Origin: Salpingoeca rosetta
Lineage: Eukaryota > Protista > Choanoflagellata
Length of the DNA stretch: 64,000 nucleotides
Direction: 5' to 3'
Assembly: GCA_033442325.1 (NCBI GenBank)
Contig: JAWQFM010000025.1
Coordinates: 33,425 to 97,424, forward strand
Shown: positions 26,390 to 39,721 of the stretch, piece after piece
Position numbering within the stretch: position 1 is the first letter of the stretch
Layout: each line of letters opens with the position of its first letter
Made by a program: the position numbers and the translations under genes
Notes under the pieces: generated by a model
Told to the model about the DNA's origin: nothing
Seen by the model: the letters and a program-made list of their open reading frames with translations, nothing else
The model's database searches: none

Positions 26390-27497
26390 ATGTTTGTTTG
26401 TGTGCGTGTGTGTATGTGTGTGTGTGTGTGTGCGCGTGCGCGCGTGCTTATGTGTGTGTTCTCTTTCGTGCCATTTCTTCCTCACCTCCCCGTCGCCCAT
26501 GTGCCACTCACTCACCCCTACTTCTACCCACCTTGTTCTAACGGCAGACCGGCGCGTGGAGCAGCAGCAGCTGAGCGACTACGTGTCGAAGAAACGTGAG
26601 CTGTTCTTGATCAAGTACTCGCTGGATGTCAAGCGGGACGAAATGCACAAACTCGAACAGAAGGCCCGCGAAGAGGAGCAGAAAGTTGAGGTGTGTACAT
26701 GTGTGTATATGTATGTGTGTGTGTGCGTGTACGTGGGCGAGGGCTTCCTTCACTGCCGTTGTCCTTGCTCGTGTGGAATACGCTATGGCTTTGCTCGTGT
26801 GGACTGCGCTATTCCTTCTTGTATGTCAGGGTGAGACGTGATCGCGCCACTTGCTTGCACCCCATCCCGCCCTCAACACCACTATGTGCAACCACCTCTA
26901 CCCCCTCCCTCCTTACGTCCCCCTTCCCCCCCCCCCAAAACAACAGGAAGCGGAGAAGTGGCTCGAGGCAGACGCGACCAAGTTTGATCAGTTCCTTCGC
27001 GAGAACGACCGGCGCGCGGTGGAGGCGATCAAGCACGCGGAGGCGGCGTCGCACCGCAAGCAGGAGCGCGCAGCAGAGATCAAGAAGATCCAGGTCGGGA
27101 CATGAGGCGTGTGCGTGTGCAGTGTGCGTGTGTGCGTGTGCATATGTGTGTGTGTGTGTGTGTGCATGCAGTGTGTGTGCAGTGTGCGTGTGTGTGTGTG
27201 TTTGTCGTGCGTGTGTGCGTGTATATGTGTGTGTGCGTGTGTGTGTTTGTGTGTGTGTGTGTGTATTGGGGATCTTCACCCTTTACTGTATGTCTCATCA
27301 CCTCTCACCAAGCACCACTCTCCCTCCCTTTCTTCTCCGTGTTCTCTGTGATGCAGGCGGAGGTGATGGCGCTGAGCAGCGACGTGACGAAACAGGGCGA
27401 CAAAATTGCAGAACTCCGCGCATTCAGAGACTTCTTAGAGGAGCTCTCCCCGGAGGTGGGGCGTGACACCTGTGTGAGAACGCGTACGAATGTGTTA

Positions 27498-27534
<37 letters not shown>

Positions 27535-28835
27535 TGAGTGAGTGTACGTGTGTACGTGTGTCTGTGTCTGTGTCTGTGCCCGTCTCTCTGTCCCTCACCC
27601 CTCCCCCCCCCACACACACCACCCCATCCTCCCCCCCTTCCAGGACTGGGCGTCGTCGTTGGCGAAGAAGAGGAACGATGCTCGCCGCGCCATCCTGAAG
27701 GCGTCTNNNNNNNNNNNNNNNNNNNNNNNNNNNNNNNNNNNNNNNNNNNNNNNNNNNNNNNNNNNNNNNNNNNNNNNNNNNNNNNNNNNNNNNNNNNNNN
27801 NNNNNNNNNNNNNNNNNNNNNNNNNNNNNNNNNNNNNNNNNNNNNNNNNNNNNNNNNNNNNNNNNNNNNNNNNNNNNNNNNNNNNNNNNNNNNNNNNNNN
27901 NNNNNNNNNNNNNNNNNNNNNNNNNNNNNNNNNNNNNNNNNNNNNNNNNNNNNNNNNNNNNNNNNNNNNNNNNNNNNNNNNNNNNNNNNNNNNNNNNNNN
28001 NNNNNNNNNNNNNNNNNNNNNNNNNNNNNNNNNNNNNNNNNNNNNNNNNNNNNNNNNNNNNNNNNNNNNNNNNNNNNNNNNNNNNNNNNNNNNNNNNNNN
28101 NNNNNNNNNNNNNNNNNNNNNNNNNNNNNNNNNNNNNNNNNNNNNNNNNNNNNNNNNNNNNNNNNNNNNNNNNNNNNNNNNNNNNNNNNNNNNNNNNNNN
28201 NNNNNNNNNNNNNNNNNNNNNNNNNNNNNNNNNNNNNNNNNNNNNNNNNNNNNNNNNNNNNNNNNNNNNNNNNNNNNNNNNNNNNNNNNNNNNNNNNNNN
28301 NNNNNNNNNNNNNNNNNNNNNNNNNNNNNNNNNNNNNNNNNNNNNNNNNNNNNNNNNNNNNNNNNNNNNNNNNNNNNNNNNNNNNNNNNNNNNNNNNNNN
28401 NNNNNNNNNNNNNNNNNNNNNNNNNNNNNNNNNNNNNNNNNNNNNNNNNNNNNNNNNNNNNNNNNNNNNNNNNNNNNNNNNNNNNNNNNNNNNNNNNNNN
28501 NNNNNNNNNNNNNNNNNNNNNNNNNNNNNNNNNNNNNNNNNNNNNNNNNNNNNNNNNNNNNNNNNNNNNNNNNNNNNNNNNNNNNNNNNNNNNNNNNNNN
28601 NNNNNNNNNNNNNNNNNNNNNNNNNNNNNNAGTCTGCTCCAGCAACCACAACACACACACATGCACTTACACACACACGCACACTCATACATGCACTCAC
28701 ACATGCACTCACGCACACTCATACATGCACTCACACATGCACTCACACACACACATGCACTCACACACATGCACTTACACACACACGCACACTCATACAT
28801 GCACTCACACATGCGCTCACACACTCACACATGCA

Positions 28836-28929
<94 letters not shown>

Positions 28930-29722
28930 CACACACACCCGCACACACGCACGCACACACGCACGCACACACACACACAATCCCCCCACACACGATGCCC
29001 CCCCCCCCTCAACACACACTCTCCCCCTTTTCCCCACAGGAGACGGAGGAAGCGCTGCAGGACCTGAAGGAGCGGCTGGCGCACGAGGAGCGCTCGCTGC
29101 AGTCCGAACGGACGGCCGTGGAGACGCAACTCGACGAGCTGGAGACGCACATCGCCAACGAGCTGGAGGAGGCGAGGGCGCTCAAGGACAAGTGCCGGTT
29201 CTTCTCGTCCGCGTCCGGGGATGAGCAGGAACAGGAACTCACAGACTTTGACCAGAAGTAAGCAGTGGCGGCCGCGTGTGCGCATGTGTACATGTGTACA
29301 TGTGTGTGTGTGCATGTGTACATGTGTGTGCGTGCTATTTTGCACGCAACACTCCCTTACACCCACTTTCCCTTCCACCCTCCTCACCTCCACCACACAC
29401 CTTCTCTCAAACACACACCCCTCGCCCTCCTCCCCTCCCATCCTTTCACAGGGTCGGGGACGTGTACCACGCGTGCATCGGGGAGAACGAGGCCGGCATC
29501 AGCACGCTGCAGATGCTGACCAACATCGAGAACAAGCTGGAGGAGCTCTTTGAGAAGATGCAACGCATGCCCCCAGACCAGCTCGCAGCAGCAGAGAAGG
29601 TGCGAAGGAGCATGTGTGTATGTCTGTGCGTGTGTGTGCGTGAATGTATTTGTGTGTGTGTGCATGCATTTGTGTGTGTGTGTGTGCGTTGCAGTGATTG
29701 CGCACAGTTATTCAACCATTCG

Positions 29723-29809
<87 letters not shown>

Positions 29810-30042
29810 AGGCCAAGGACAAGGCACGGCGGCACCGGCTGCGCGAGGAGAAGTTGCAGGCGCAGAAGAAGCACCAGGAGGAGCGGTTACGGCGGGCGCA
29901 GCAGCGGGCCAACGACGCGCCGAAGAAGAGGACGGGGAAGAAGCTTATGTTCCGCTCTGCGCCGCCGGAGAAGCCAAAGAAGCAGGTCAAGCGACACGTG
30001 CAGACGGTTGAAGAGGAGGAGAAGCAAATCTACTTCTCATGA
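25690..30042 (+). CDS. CFAP100: Cilia- and flagella-associated coiled-coil protein CFAP100/CCDC37-38 family (DUF4200), multi-exon, interrupted by a gap
   Basis: SNPF N-terminus; [23 protein letters not shown]; [29 protein letters not shown]; [17 protein letters not shown]; [11 protein letters not shown]...[15 protein letters not shown]...[10 protein letters not shown]. Confidence 0.85.
27707..28630. other. Assembly gap (N)
   Basis: Run of N. Confidence 1.
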
Positions 30043-30427
30043 CGGAATGGCGGAGGAAGACTGTGAGCGAGAGAGAGAGACAGTGTGTGTGTGTGTGTGT
30101 GTGTGTGTGTTCATGTGAGTGTGTGTGTTTATGTGAGTGAGAGTGTGTGTTTGTGTGCACGTGTTTGTACATGGTGTATGTGTTTGTTTTGACTTTGTTG
30201 TTGCAGCAGCACGTCCCATCTTATCCCACCATCACCATCATGTACCATCCCCAACATCCTCAAATAAAAAAAATGTTGACTGCTATTCACCATGTCATCC
30301 ACTATTTTTCGTCAATTCTGTGGCTGAGAAAGACAAAGGCGCAGCAGTCAAAGACGACGCTTCATCCCATCGCAAACACCACTCCCCTCCCTTCCCACTC
30401 TTCCCTCTCTCCGACAGACAACCAGCC

Positions 30428-32000
30428 ATGGCGTTCATGCAGAAGTTCAACAACCTCAAGAACAAGGCGTGAGTAGACGAAGGCGTCGTGTTGTTGTCCT
30501 CTGTGTGTGTGCATTGTTGCTTTGCTGGACACGAGCAGAGACAAAACACAATTAGCAACAGAAGCATGCACGCACTGAACCAACAGCTCTTAACATGCGT
30601 TCGTTTGTCTGTTTGTGTTGCGTTGCATGGTTGTGGTGTTCATGTCATTGGCAGGGTTGACCTCGCCATGAACTACAGCGAGATTGAGGTCAAGGTTCGC
30701 CAGGCCACAGATGGCAACGAGCCATGGGGCCCCCACGGCACCCTCATGTCGGAACTCTCCCAGGTGTGTGTGTGCATTGTGGTGTGTGTGCGTGCGTGTG
30801 TATTGGTGTGTGTGTGTGTACGTGTGTTGCTGTCGCTGCGTTCACTGTGCGCATGCGTTGTTTCGTTTACTGCGCATGCGTTGTTGGCTCACTGTGCGCA
30901 TACGTTGTTTCGTTCACCGCGCGCGTCCCCTTCTCACCACTGCATCCCCCCCCCCACACGTAACAGGCTACGTACAGCTACGAGGACTACCCTGAGGTGA
31001 TGGGCATGCTGTGGCGCCGCATCCTCAAGGACCGCGAGGGCAAGAACTGGCGTCAAATCTACAAGGTGCGTGTGTGTGTGTGTGCGTGTGCGTGTGTGCG
31101 TGTGTGCGTGTGTGTTTGCATTCGCGTTTGCGTGTGCATTCGCGTTTACATTTGCATTCGCGTTTGCGTTTTTTCTCGCACACCGTCACTCGCCTTCCCC
31201 CCCCCCCTCATCGCTTCCCTCACCAACAAAACCCCCCCCCCCACACCCACCAACCACTGCAGGGCCTGCTGCTGCTGCACTACCTGATCCGCAACGGCAC
31301 GACGCGTGTTGTGGACAGCGCGCGCGACCACGTGTATGACCTGCGGCAGCTGGAGCGGTTCAAGTACATTGACGAGAAGGGCAAGGACCAGGGCATCAAC
31401 GTCGCCCACAAGGCCAAGGAGATTTGCGACCTGCTCGCGGACGACGAGATGCTGCACGCGGAGCGGAAGAAGGCGCGCAAGACCCGCGACAAGTTCAAGG
31501 GCATCGGCTCGTCCTCCGTATCCTACCACCCAGGGGTGAGGCAAAGCAGTGCCGGAGCGAGGGGAGGCGATGGTGGCGAGGGGTGAAGCAAGATGCGGCT
31601 GAGGCAGCACGGGCTTGTCTGCAATGGAGTGATGTGTCCATAACTACTCGCATACATGCGCGTGTGCGTTGTGTCAACTCGTGTTGACACTCTTTCTGGT
31701 TGACGCCCTGTGCGGTGCCTGCGTGCACCATCTTACCCCCCACCACGCCTGCACCTGCAACCCCCTCCACCACCACCACCACCTGCAGGGCATGTCTGGT
31801 GGGCGGCGGTTTGACGACATGGCGCCGACGCGCAGATACGACGACATGGGCGGCAGCCGCAGGTGGGGGTGCCGGCACTGGCATATGGCGTCACGGCGTG
31901 GTGTAACGATTCCTGAATGCGTTCGAGTGTCTGCTTCATGGGGTTCTTCAACACGAACCCCTTTCCCAATACACACACACTCACTCACACACACACACAC

Positions 32001-32068
<68 letters not shown>

Positions 32069-32828
32069 GGTCGCGGTTCCGGGACATTGACAGCGACGAA
32101 GAGGCGGACGATGCGCGCGTCGACCAGTCGTCGTCGTCGTCGTCACGCGGCGATCAGTACAGCGCACGCGTGGCCAAGCACAGGGAGGAAAACAAGCTCA
32201 ACACGAAAAAGGGCGGCGACGGCGATGACGACGACTTTGCCGCGCTCAGGGGGTGCGTGTGTGTGTGTGTGTATCGTGTGTATGTCTTGTATGCGTGCGT
32301 GTGTCTTGTTTGTGTATTTGTGTATTTGTGTGTTTGCATCTCCATGTGTATGTGTTTGCATCTCTGCGTGTGTTGCTGTGTTTCCGTCTGTGCACGTGCA
32401 TGTGTATGTATGTGCTCAGTATCACGACGCAATCGTTCCCGCAATCCCCTCTCCCCACACGTAACCCCTCCCTCACACCTCCCTTCCCCTCTCTGTCTCT
32501 CTCAACCATTACACAGCGCCAAGAAGGAGGAGCCGAAGCAAGCAGGTAATCGCACGCTGTCATGACTCGTACCCCCTGACACCCGCACCACACACTACCA
32601 CACACCACACATCACCACCCTATCACCTCGTCCTCACGTCATAGCCTCCCCCCCCTCTCTTCCCCGTCCAATCCCCACGTCCCATCAGGCGGGCTAGTTG
32701 ACCTTCTGGGCGATGACACCACGACAACGACGAACAGCAACAGCAACCCAGACGACTTTGGTGCAGACTTCAACCCGCGTGGCGCAACAGCAGCAGCCAC
32801 AACCACAAAGGCAGACGGTAAGCGCTGT

Positions 32829-32871
<43 letters not shown>

Positions 32872-33524
32872 TGACGATGATGATGCTGAAGATGCTGCTG
32901 CTATTGGAGGTGGTCGCGTCGTGTGCTCTAGCACAACACTCCTTCGTCATGCTCATCACACCTCTCACCTCACCTCACCTCACCTCACCTCACCTCCCCT
33001 CACCTCACCTTGTCTCCCTCACCTCACCTCACCTCACCTCACCTCACCTCACCTCACCTCACCTCACCTCACCTCACCTCACCTCACCTCACCTCACCTC
33101 ACCTCACCTCACCTTGTCTCCCTCTCCCCATAACACCCTGCAGACTTTGGTGCCTTCAGCTCCCCCTCCACTGCCGGCAACACGGACTTTGCCAACTTTG
33201 CATCCGCGTACGTGTCACTGTTGTCCTCGTCCCTCGTGCAATTCTCCTCCTCATGTGCCCTCACCCACACACCCCGGTTTCCACACATCCCCCCCCCCCT
33301 CTTCCTCATCCACACTTTAGGCCCACCGCCTCAGACGACTTTGGCGCATTCACAGCCCCGGCACCAGCAGCTCCTCAGCCCACCACCTCCAATGCACAGC
33401 AGCAGCAGTCGAGTGGTGGCGGTGATTTGCTCGGTGATCTGTTTGGCGCCTCCTCGTCGTCATCATCGTCCACCATGGCTCCAACACAGCAGCACCAGGT
33501 GCAATGCATCTGTTCGTGTGCGTG

Positions 33525-33608
<84 letters not shown>

Positions 33609-33991
33609 CAACGTGCACGCATCGTGTGTGTGCGCACGTGCGTTGTTTTGTTTTGGTTTGTTTTTTCCCCTGGTGCTCATTGGACCACTCGACCCCCTCA
33701 CGCATCCACCCATCCACCCTTCTACCAGACGGCTTCTCTGATGGACATGGGGTCGATGATGACACCAACCACCGCCACCGCCACCACCACCACTGCACCA
33801 TCAACAACTGCTACAACGACCGCGACTACCACCAGCAGCAAGTCCGCTGCATCCAAGCCGAACTTTGGTCGCCTGAAGATTGACCTCGACAACCTCTCCC
33901 TCGCTTCCAAGGAGGAGGTGTGTGTGTGTGTGTGTGTATGTGTGTGTGTGTGTGTGTGTACGTGTGTGTGTGTGTGGATGCGCTTTTGTGA

Positions 33992-34027
<36 letters not shown>

Positions 34028-34718
34028 ATGCGCTTTTGTGAATGTGCGTGCGCGCGCCTGCGTGCCCCTGTGCCTCTGTGCACCGTTGTCCGCACGCGTA
34101 CCTTCATTCATTCACCCCCAATGCCTCATCACGCCTCCCCTCCTCCCCCACTACAGCCCAAGAAGCCCGTCACGCCTCCCCTCCTCCCCCACTACAGCCC
34201 AAGAAGCCCGCCACCTCCGGCAGCGTCTTTGGCGAACCATCAAAGCCGCAGCAAGGTCAGCCGACAACACCTGCAACTTGCAACCACTTCGCTCGCACCA
34301 TGCAGAGACACACACTCTACAACACAACACCACTACACACCACTACACAACACAACACAACAAACACGACACTACACCACTACACACCACTACACAACAC
34401 TCCACTACACAACACTCCACATCTCATCAACCCCCGGCCCCCTATCCTCCTCCAGGCTCCCAGAGCATGCCACTGCAGCAGCAACCAGGCATGATGATGA
34501 TGGGCGGCGGCATGCAAGGAATGGCACCACAACAGCCACCACAGCCGCAACAGCCCATGATGTCTGGCATACTCAACACCGATGCACCCACAGCAGCGGC
34601 AACAGCCCATGATGGGCATGCCATATGGGCAACAGCCCGCCACAGCAACCCATGATGGGAATGCCCTATGGTCAGCAGCCGTCGCCACAGCACATGGGGC
34701 ATTGGTATGGGGCTACCC
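30428..34718 (+). CDS. CLINT1: ENTH-domain clathrin adaptor, epsinR/CLINT1-like; 3' end lies in a gap
   Basis: [47 protein letters not shown]...[19 protein letters not shown]...[11 protein letters not shown]...ERKKARK. DFxxF and DLL motifs, KIDLDNLSL, and a Met/Gln-rich tail. Confidence 0.9.
32964..33113 (+). repeat. (CTCAC)n microsatellite in an epsinR intron
   Basis: Direct inspection. Confidence 0.9.
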
Positions 34719-34818
34719 NNNNNNNNNNNNNNNNNNNNNNNNNNNNNNNNNNNNNNNNNNNNNNNNNNNNNNNNNNNNNNNNNNNNNNNNNNNNNNNNNN
34801 NNNNNNNNNNNNNNNNNN
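34719..34818. other. Assembly gap (N)
   Basis: Run of 100 N. Confidence 1.
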
Positions 34819-34905
34819 ATCATGTGTACATTCTACAAACAGTACAGCTAAGATTATACGGCTTGTACCCACCTGCTGTCCGAACTCTCAGTGGCGCCCA
34901 CAGGT

Positions 34906-34927
34906 ATGCTCGAACAACAACAACACC

Positions 34928-34974
<47 letters not shown>

Positions 34975-37221
34975 CCCTACCACCACCAACAACAACCCTA
35001 CCACCACCAACAACAACAACCCTACCACCAACAACAACAACCCTACCACCACCAGCAACAACCCTCCCAAGCACATGCGCAACAGCGACCGATGTTTGCG
35101 TCGCACGATCCCGCGGGTGCATCGCGTGCGTCCGTGCTGCATACAAGTTTGATGCTGCAGGATGGAGACATTGTTGCAGCAGCGCGCAACCCAAAGTACA
35201 AGCACGCGTTCAGCCACGACCAGCAGACGTCTGTCGTCAACAGCTCCAAGCGGCCGTCCGTGTTCCACTTTCTCTGGTCAGGCTGGGGTCTGTTCCTGCT
35301 CATTCTGGCGGAGCTGATCATGGTCAACGTGATCATCTGGCCCTGGTGGATCATCGACGAAGGCAAGGACGTGCGGGACCTCTTCTTCAAGGCGCTGCGC
35401 GCGCAGGACGCCTCGTTTTGGATCGGCTTTGCCTTCTGCACCATGGCCTGCACGTGCATGGGGATCATCGTGCTGTTCGCCTTTGCGCGGCGCCGCATCA
35501 GCGTGCCCAAGACGCCGGTGCAGATCCTGTCGGGCCTGCTTGGTGGCCTCCCGCGCGGCGCCATCATGGTCTCCTACACCACCCGCGACCCAGACATGTG
35601 CCACCCAGACATCCCACGCAAGGTCGCCCGCACGCTGCCGTGCCGCTGGCTGGACCAGGACTCCCTGCTCCCCGGCATCCCGCTGCGCATCGCGTGCCAG
35701 CAGGCGGCGGAGACGTGCGAGATGGGCATCATGTTCGTGTGCCAGGCGTACCTGCTGAGCCCCGTGTGCCGCGCCGAGTTTCGCGAGCTCATTGGCAACG
35801 ACATCCACGGCACTGGCGGCAAGAAGCGCAACATCATCTTCATCCTCCCAGACGTCGTGCCCCTGCTCGACAACGAAGAGTGGCAATGGGGCAATCGTGG
35901 CCTTGTTGATAACGGTGTTGGTCATGGTGTTGGTCATGGTGTTGGTCATGGTGTTGATGGCGCTATTGATGGTACCATTGATCATGGTGATGGCGGCGAC
36001 CGGGAGGTGAAGGAGATCCTGCAGTTTCTGCGTCGCATTCGCAAGTGCACACCGGAGCCCATCCGTGCCGAGCGCACGCACGAGCGCAGCAGTCTTCACT
36101 GCCGCCGCAACGGGCATGCCATGGCGCACAGCTTCCGCTTCTCCTCCACACAACCGGGCGAATCATCCACAGATGACGCAGAGGAACCTTACAACACGCC
36201 TACACACCCTGCCACCGCAGCAGCTACTGCTGCCGCCACACCATCATCAACAACAACAACAACAACAACAGCAACAACAATAACACCACCACCACCAAGA
36301 ACAACACAGTCCACTGGTTCAGCTGCTACATCAGCACACCGCAGCACAGCCGCAACATCACCAACCTCCACCACCGCCACCACCACGACGCAGACGGTGA
36401 TTGCGCTGACGCCGCGCGACCGGGAGCTGATGAAACACGACCCGGCGTGGGCGGTGCTGCAGGCGTTCCAGCAGGCCGGCACGCTCACGTGGCTCGGGCA
36501 GCGGCACACCCCGTACTTCTTTGCAGAGTGGCGAGCAACGGCCTCCATGCTGTTGAGCGAGCCCAACGGCTGGACGGCATGGGGCGTCATGGCGCTCATT
36601 GCATGGCTCGTGCCCATCATCTGCGGTGTTGCAGGCGCATTTTACACGCACACGCAGGCGCGCATCGGCGTGGCCATCGTGTACCTGCTGGTGCTCGTCC
36701 CCGTGTGCGCGCTCCTGCTCATCATGTTCCGCGGGCTGGTGGGCGCCGTGCTGCCACGACCCGCACTCAAGGGCCCCGCGTCACTGCTCGTCGTGCTGTG
36801 GAAGCTCGGTATCATCAACCGCATCAACGTCGACACGGGCGGCATCCACCGCCGCTTTGTTGACGAGTTGGCACGGATTGGCGTTGTCAACCTCAACTTC
36901 AACCCAAAGCGCGACCACCACCTCCGCTTTGCTGACGCCGCCTCTGTCGTGCGCGGCGAGACGCACCTCCCCGATGATGAGCTGGAGAACGCGTTCCTCA
37001 TGCTGTGGCGTGATGCAACCTTCTCGGACTTTGCGCAGCTGCCCAAGAACCTGCAGTCCTCGTGGGTGCACCCGACAGCGGGCACGCTCGCCTACTCCAT
37101 CATGTGCTCCATGATGGTGTTGTTTGCGCTCGATCACCGCGCCCTGCACGGCACCATTGCAGGCGTGAACCTCTCCTCAAAGCCAACCACCAAGTCCCTC
37201 GGCGGCAACATCGACAAGTGA
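34906..37221 (+). CDS. Multi-pass membrane protein with an internal TIR (TIR_2-like) domain and polyQ N-terminus; true start may lie upstream or in the gap
   Basis: About 770-aa intronless ORF. Two hydrophobic helices, then IMVSY...RKVARTLPCRWLDQDSLLPG...IMFVCQAYLLSPVCRAEF...NIIFILP (35560-35850), which fits the TIR_2 pattern FISY/WxD/PG/YLxSxWCxxE. A Thr-rich linker and further hydrophobic helices follow. Confidence 0.75.
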
Positions 37222-37291
37222 TGTGTTGCGTTGCGCGCGGGTGTGTGTGGGGGAGGGGGTGGCTTGGGAGGGGCTTGGAATGGGGAGAAAC

Positions 37292-37402
37292 GGAGATGGG
37301 CAAACGACAAGAAGGAACGATGGGAAGAAGAGGAGATGGGCAAACGACAAGAAGGAACGATGGGAAGAAGAGGAGATGGGCAAACGACAAGAAGGAACGA
37401 TG
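37292..37402 (+). repeat. 40-nt tandem repeat, ~2.8 copies, downstream of the TIR gene stop
   Basis: GGAGATGGGCAAACGACAAGAAGGAACGATGGGAAGAAGA repeated with period 40. Confidence 0.9.
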
Positions 37403-37733
37403 TGGAGAAGCGTGACTGTTTCCGTGTTGACATTGAACATTGTTTTTGATTTTTTGTCTGCTGTGTTCACCTGCTTTGTGTCCGTTGTTATTGCTGCCTT
37501 CCGTGCGTTACTGCGTTACTTGCTGATCCATCAGCTTGCTTGCTTGCTTGTACACAGCACAGCACAAGAGGACAAGAAGTGACATGAACACGTGATGTGA
37601 AGCCATTACACACAGCACACACACACACACACACACACGCACACACACAATGAACACCACAACAGCAACAACACGTGTTTTGGCCGCCACACCCACGTAT
37701 TTTCCACTGAGCGTGGTGGTCCTTCCTGCAAAG

Positions 37734-38603
37734 ATGAAGCGCTGCTGCTGGCCGTCTGCTGTGCTCCCCACCTACTTGCTGGTGGTGCTGCTCCTCGCCC
37801 TTGCAGCATCGGGGGAAGTGATTCCGCGATGCGGAGACCGCCAGCTGTCGCAGGAAGAGGTTGAGGCGCAAAGTGGTATTGTCGAAGCAAGCGCTGCCAA
37901 GCGACAGGCCCTGATGCAGAGCACAAGCAAGCGCACAGTGCTGCACGCCTTTCAGCAACAACAGCGAGCACGCGCCGTGAACGACTACCTGGACACGTAC
38001 ACGCTACTGACGCTGGACATCCCCATCAACTACTACGTGGTGCACCATGAGGACGGCACGGGATATGTGGAGGAGGCGATGCTTGAGGCGCAGACGGCCG
38101 TGATGAACGACCGCTTTGCCAGCCCCATCGACACGGGCCTGCGGTTCCACACCAACGCCACCGTGTACATCAACGACACGTCGCTTGCCATGCTGTGTGG
38201 CCACCGCCGCCAGTTCATCGCCGCGCGCTACGTCATCTTGGATGGCCGTGATCCCGCCGAGTCCCTTAACGTGCTGGTGTGCCGCAGCCGACGGTTCCTT
38301 GGCGTCGCCGTGTTTCCCTGGGAGGCGCCGGAGGACGATGCCTTACAGTCCATCAACCTGCACCCGGGCTCTCTGCCCGGCGGGTATGTGGCCGACTTTA
38401 ACGAGGGTGATACGCTCGTACACGAGGCCGGGCACTACTTTGGGCTGTTCCACGTGTTTGAGGGCACGACGTGCTCGCGTCGGCGGGGCGATTTCATTCG
38501 CGACACCGCCGCGCAAAAGTACCCGACGTCCGGCTGCCCCTCCCCCGAGGAGAGCGCGGACACTTGCCCGCACCGCCGCGGCCATGACAACGTCAGTGGT
38601 TGT

Positions 38604-38650
<47 letters not shown>

Positions 38651-39546
38651 TGTGCATGCGTGTGCGTGTGTCTGTGCATGCGTGTGTGTGTGTGCGTGTG
38701 CGTGTGCATGCGTGTGTGTGTGTGTGCATGCGTGATGCATGTATGTGCGTTGACGGCCATGCAAAGCCCTTTGCATCACTCACATGCATCCTGACGCTGC
38801 ATTGCATCACAGATCCACAACTACATGTACGCTGACAAGGGATCGTGTACACTCGTTGTTTTGTGACGCAATGCTTGCCGCAAGCACTATCTGTCTGGTG
38901 CACACTGTTTGATTCATCGCCCCTTTCATCATGCGTCTGTCTCGCGTTTTCACCTCTGATCACATCACCCCTTCCTCACGTCCACTCTCTCCTTCGCCTT
39001 CCTGTCTCCTCTCCTTGACCCGCTTCTTCTTTGCGCTGCAGGGACTATTCGACAGATGCGTGCATCGATCGCTTTACGCGATGGCAGGTCGTGTACATGC
39101 GCTACTACACGGAATACTTTCGCCCGCGCCTCTCGAATGCGGCACTAGTCGTTGAGGCCAGCAGTGCCACGTGCACTGACCTCGGGTGGCAGCCCGCTGA
39201 CGGCGTCGTTGGCGCCAATGGCCGCGGCGTGTGCGCAGAGTCACGCGTCGGCAGCGGCGATCAGTGCTTGACGGGCGATTGGTTTGATGCCTTCTTCCAC
39301 TGCCAGAGCATCGGCGCGCGCATGTGCACATCGGACGAGCTGATGAGCATGGACAACAAGGGCGACATTGGGCGGTGCCGTGGCCTGCTGCGCAACCGCC
39401 TCGTGTGGACGACCAACTTCTGCAGCCGCGCCCGCCGCGCTGTTGTTCGTCTTCGTCGGCGGCGACCACCCAAGATGGAGTGCAGGCCCCCCGAACGCCA
39501 GGCCGGCACCATCCTCTGCTGCGCTGACGACACGGACACCAGATGA
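37734..39546 (+). CDS. Secreted zinc metalloprotease, M43 (pappalysin/ulilysin) family, with a C-terminal Cys-rich module
   Basis: Signal peptide; RCG cysteine-switch-like motif; EGDTLVHEAGHYFGLFHVF zinc motif; Met-turn IHNYMDYS..C...FT rebuilt from exons ending at 38591, 38813-38826 and 39042-39546; C-terminal CTDLGW...GARMCT..EL...CCAD module. Alternative ATG at 37650. Confidence 0.9.
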
Positions 39547-39554
39547 CACGAGCA

Positions 39555-39615
<61 letters not shown>

Positions 39616-39721
39616 GTGCGTGTGTGCGAGCATGTGTGTGTGTGTTCGTGCAGCCAGTCGTCGTCAGCAAAAAAAGAAAACAACGCCCACTTTTTGTTTG
39701 CACGCGACAACCACCACGACG

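Noticed and set aside
27305-29224. 400-560 aa ORFs spanning the large gap
   Set aside because: Artefacts of translating N runs.
34570-34718. Frameshifts in the Met/Gln-rich epsinR tail
   Set aside because: Within ~150 nt of a gap; sequencing error is more likely than biology.
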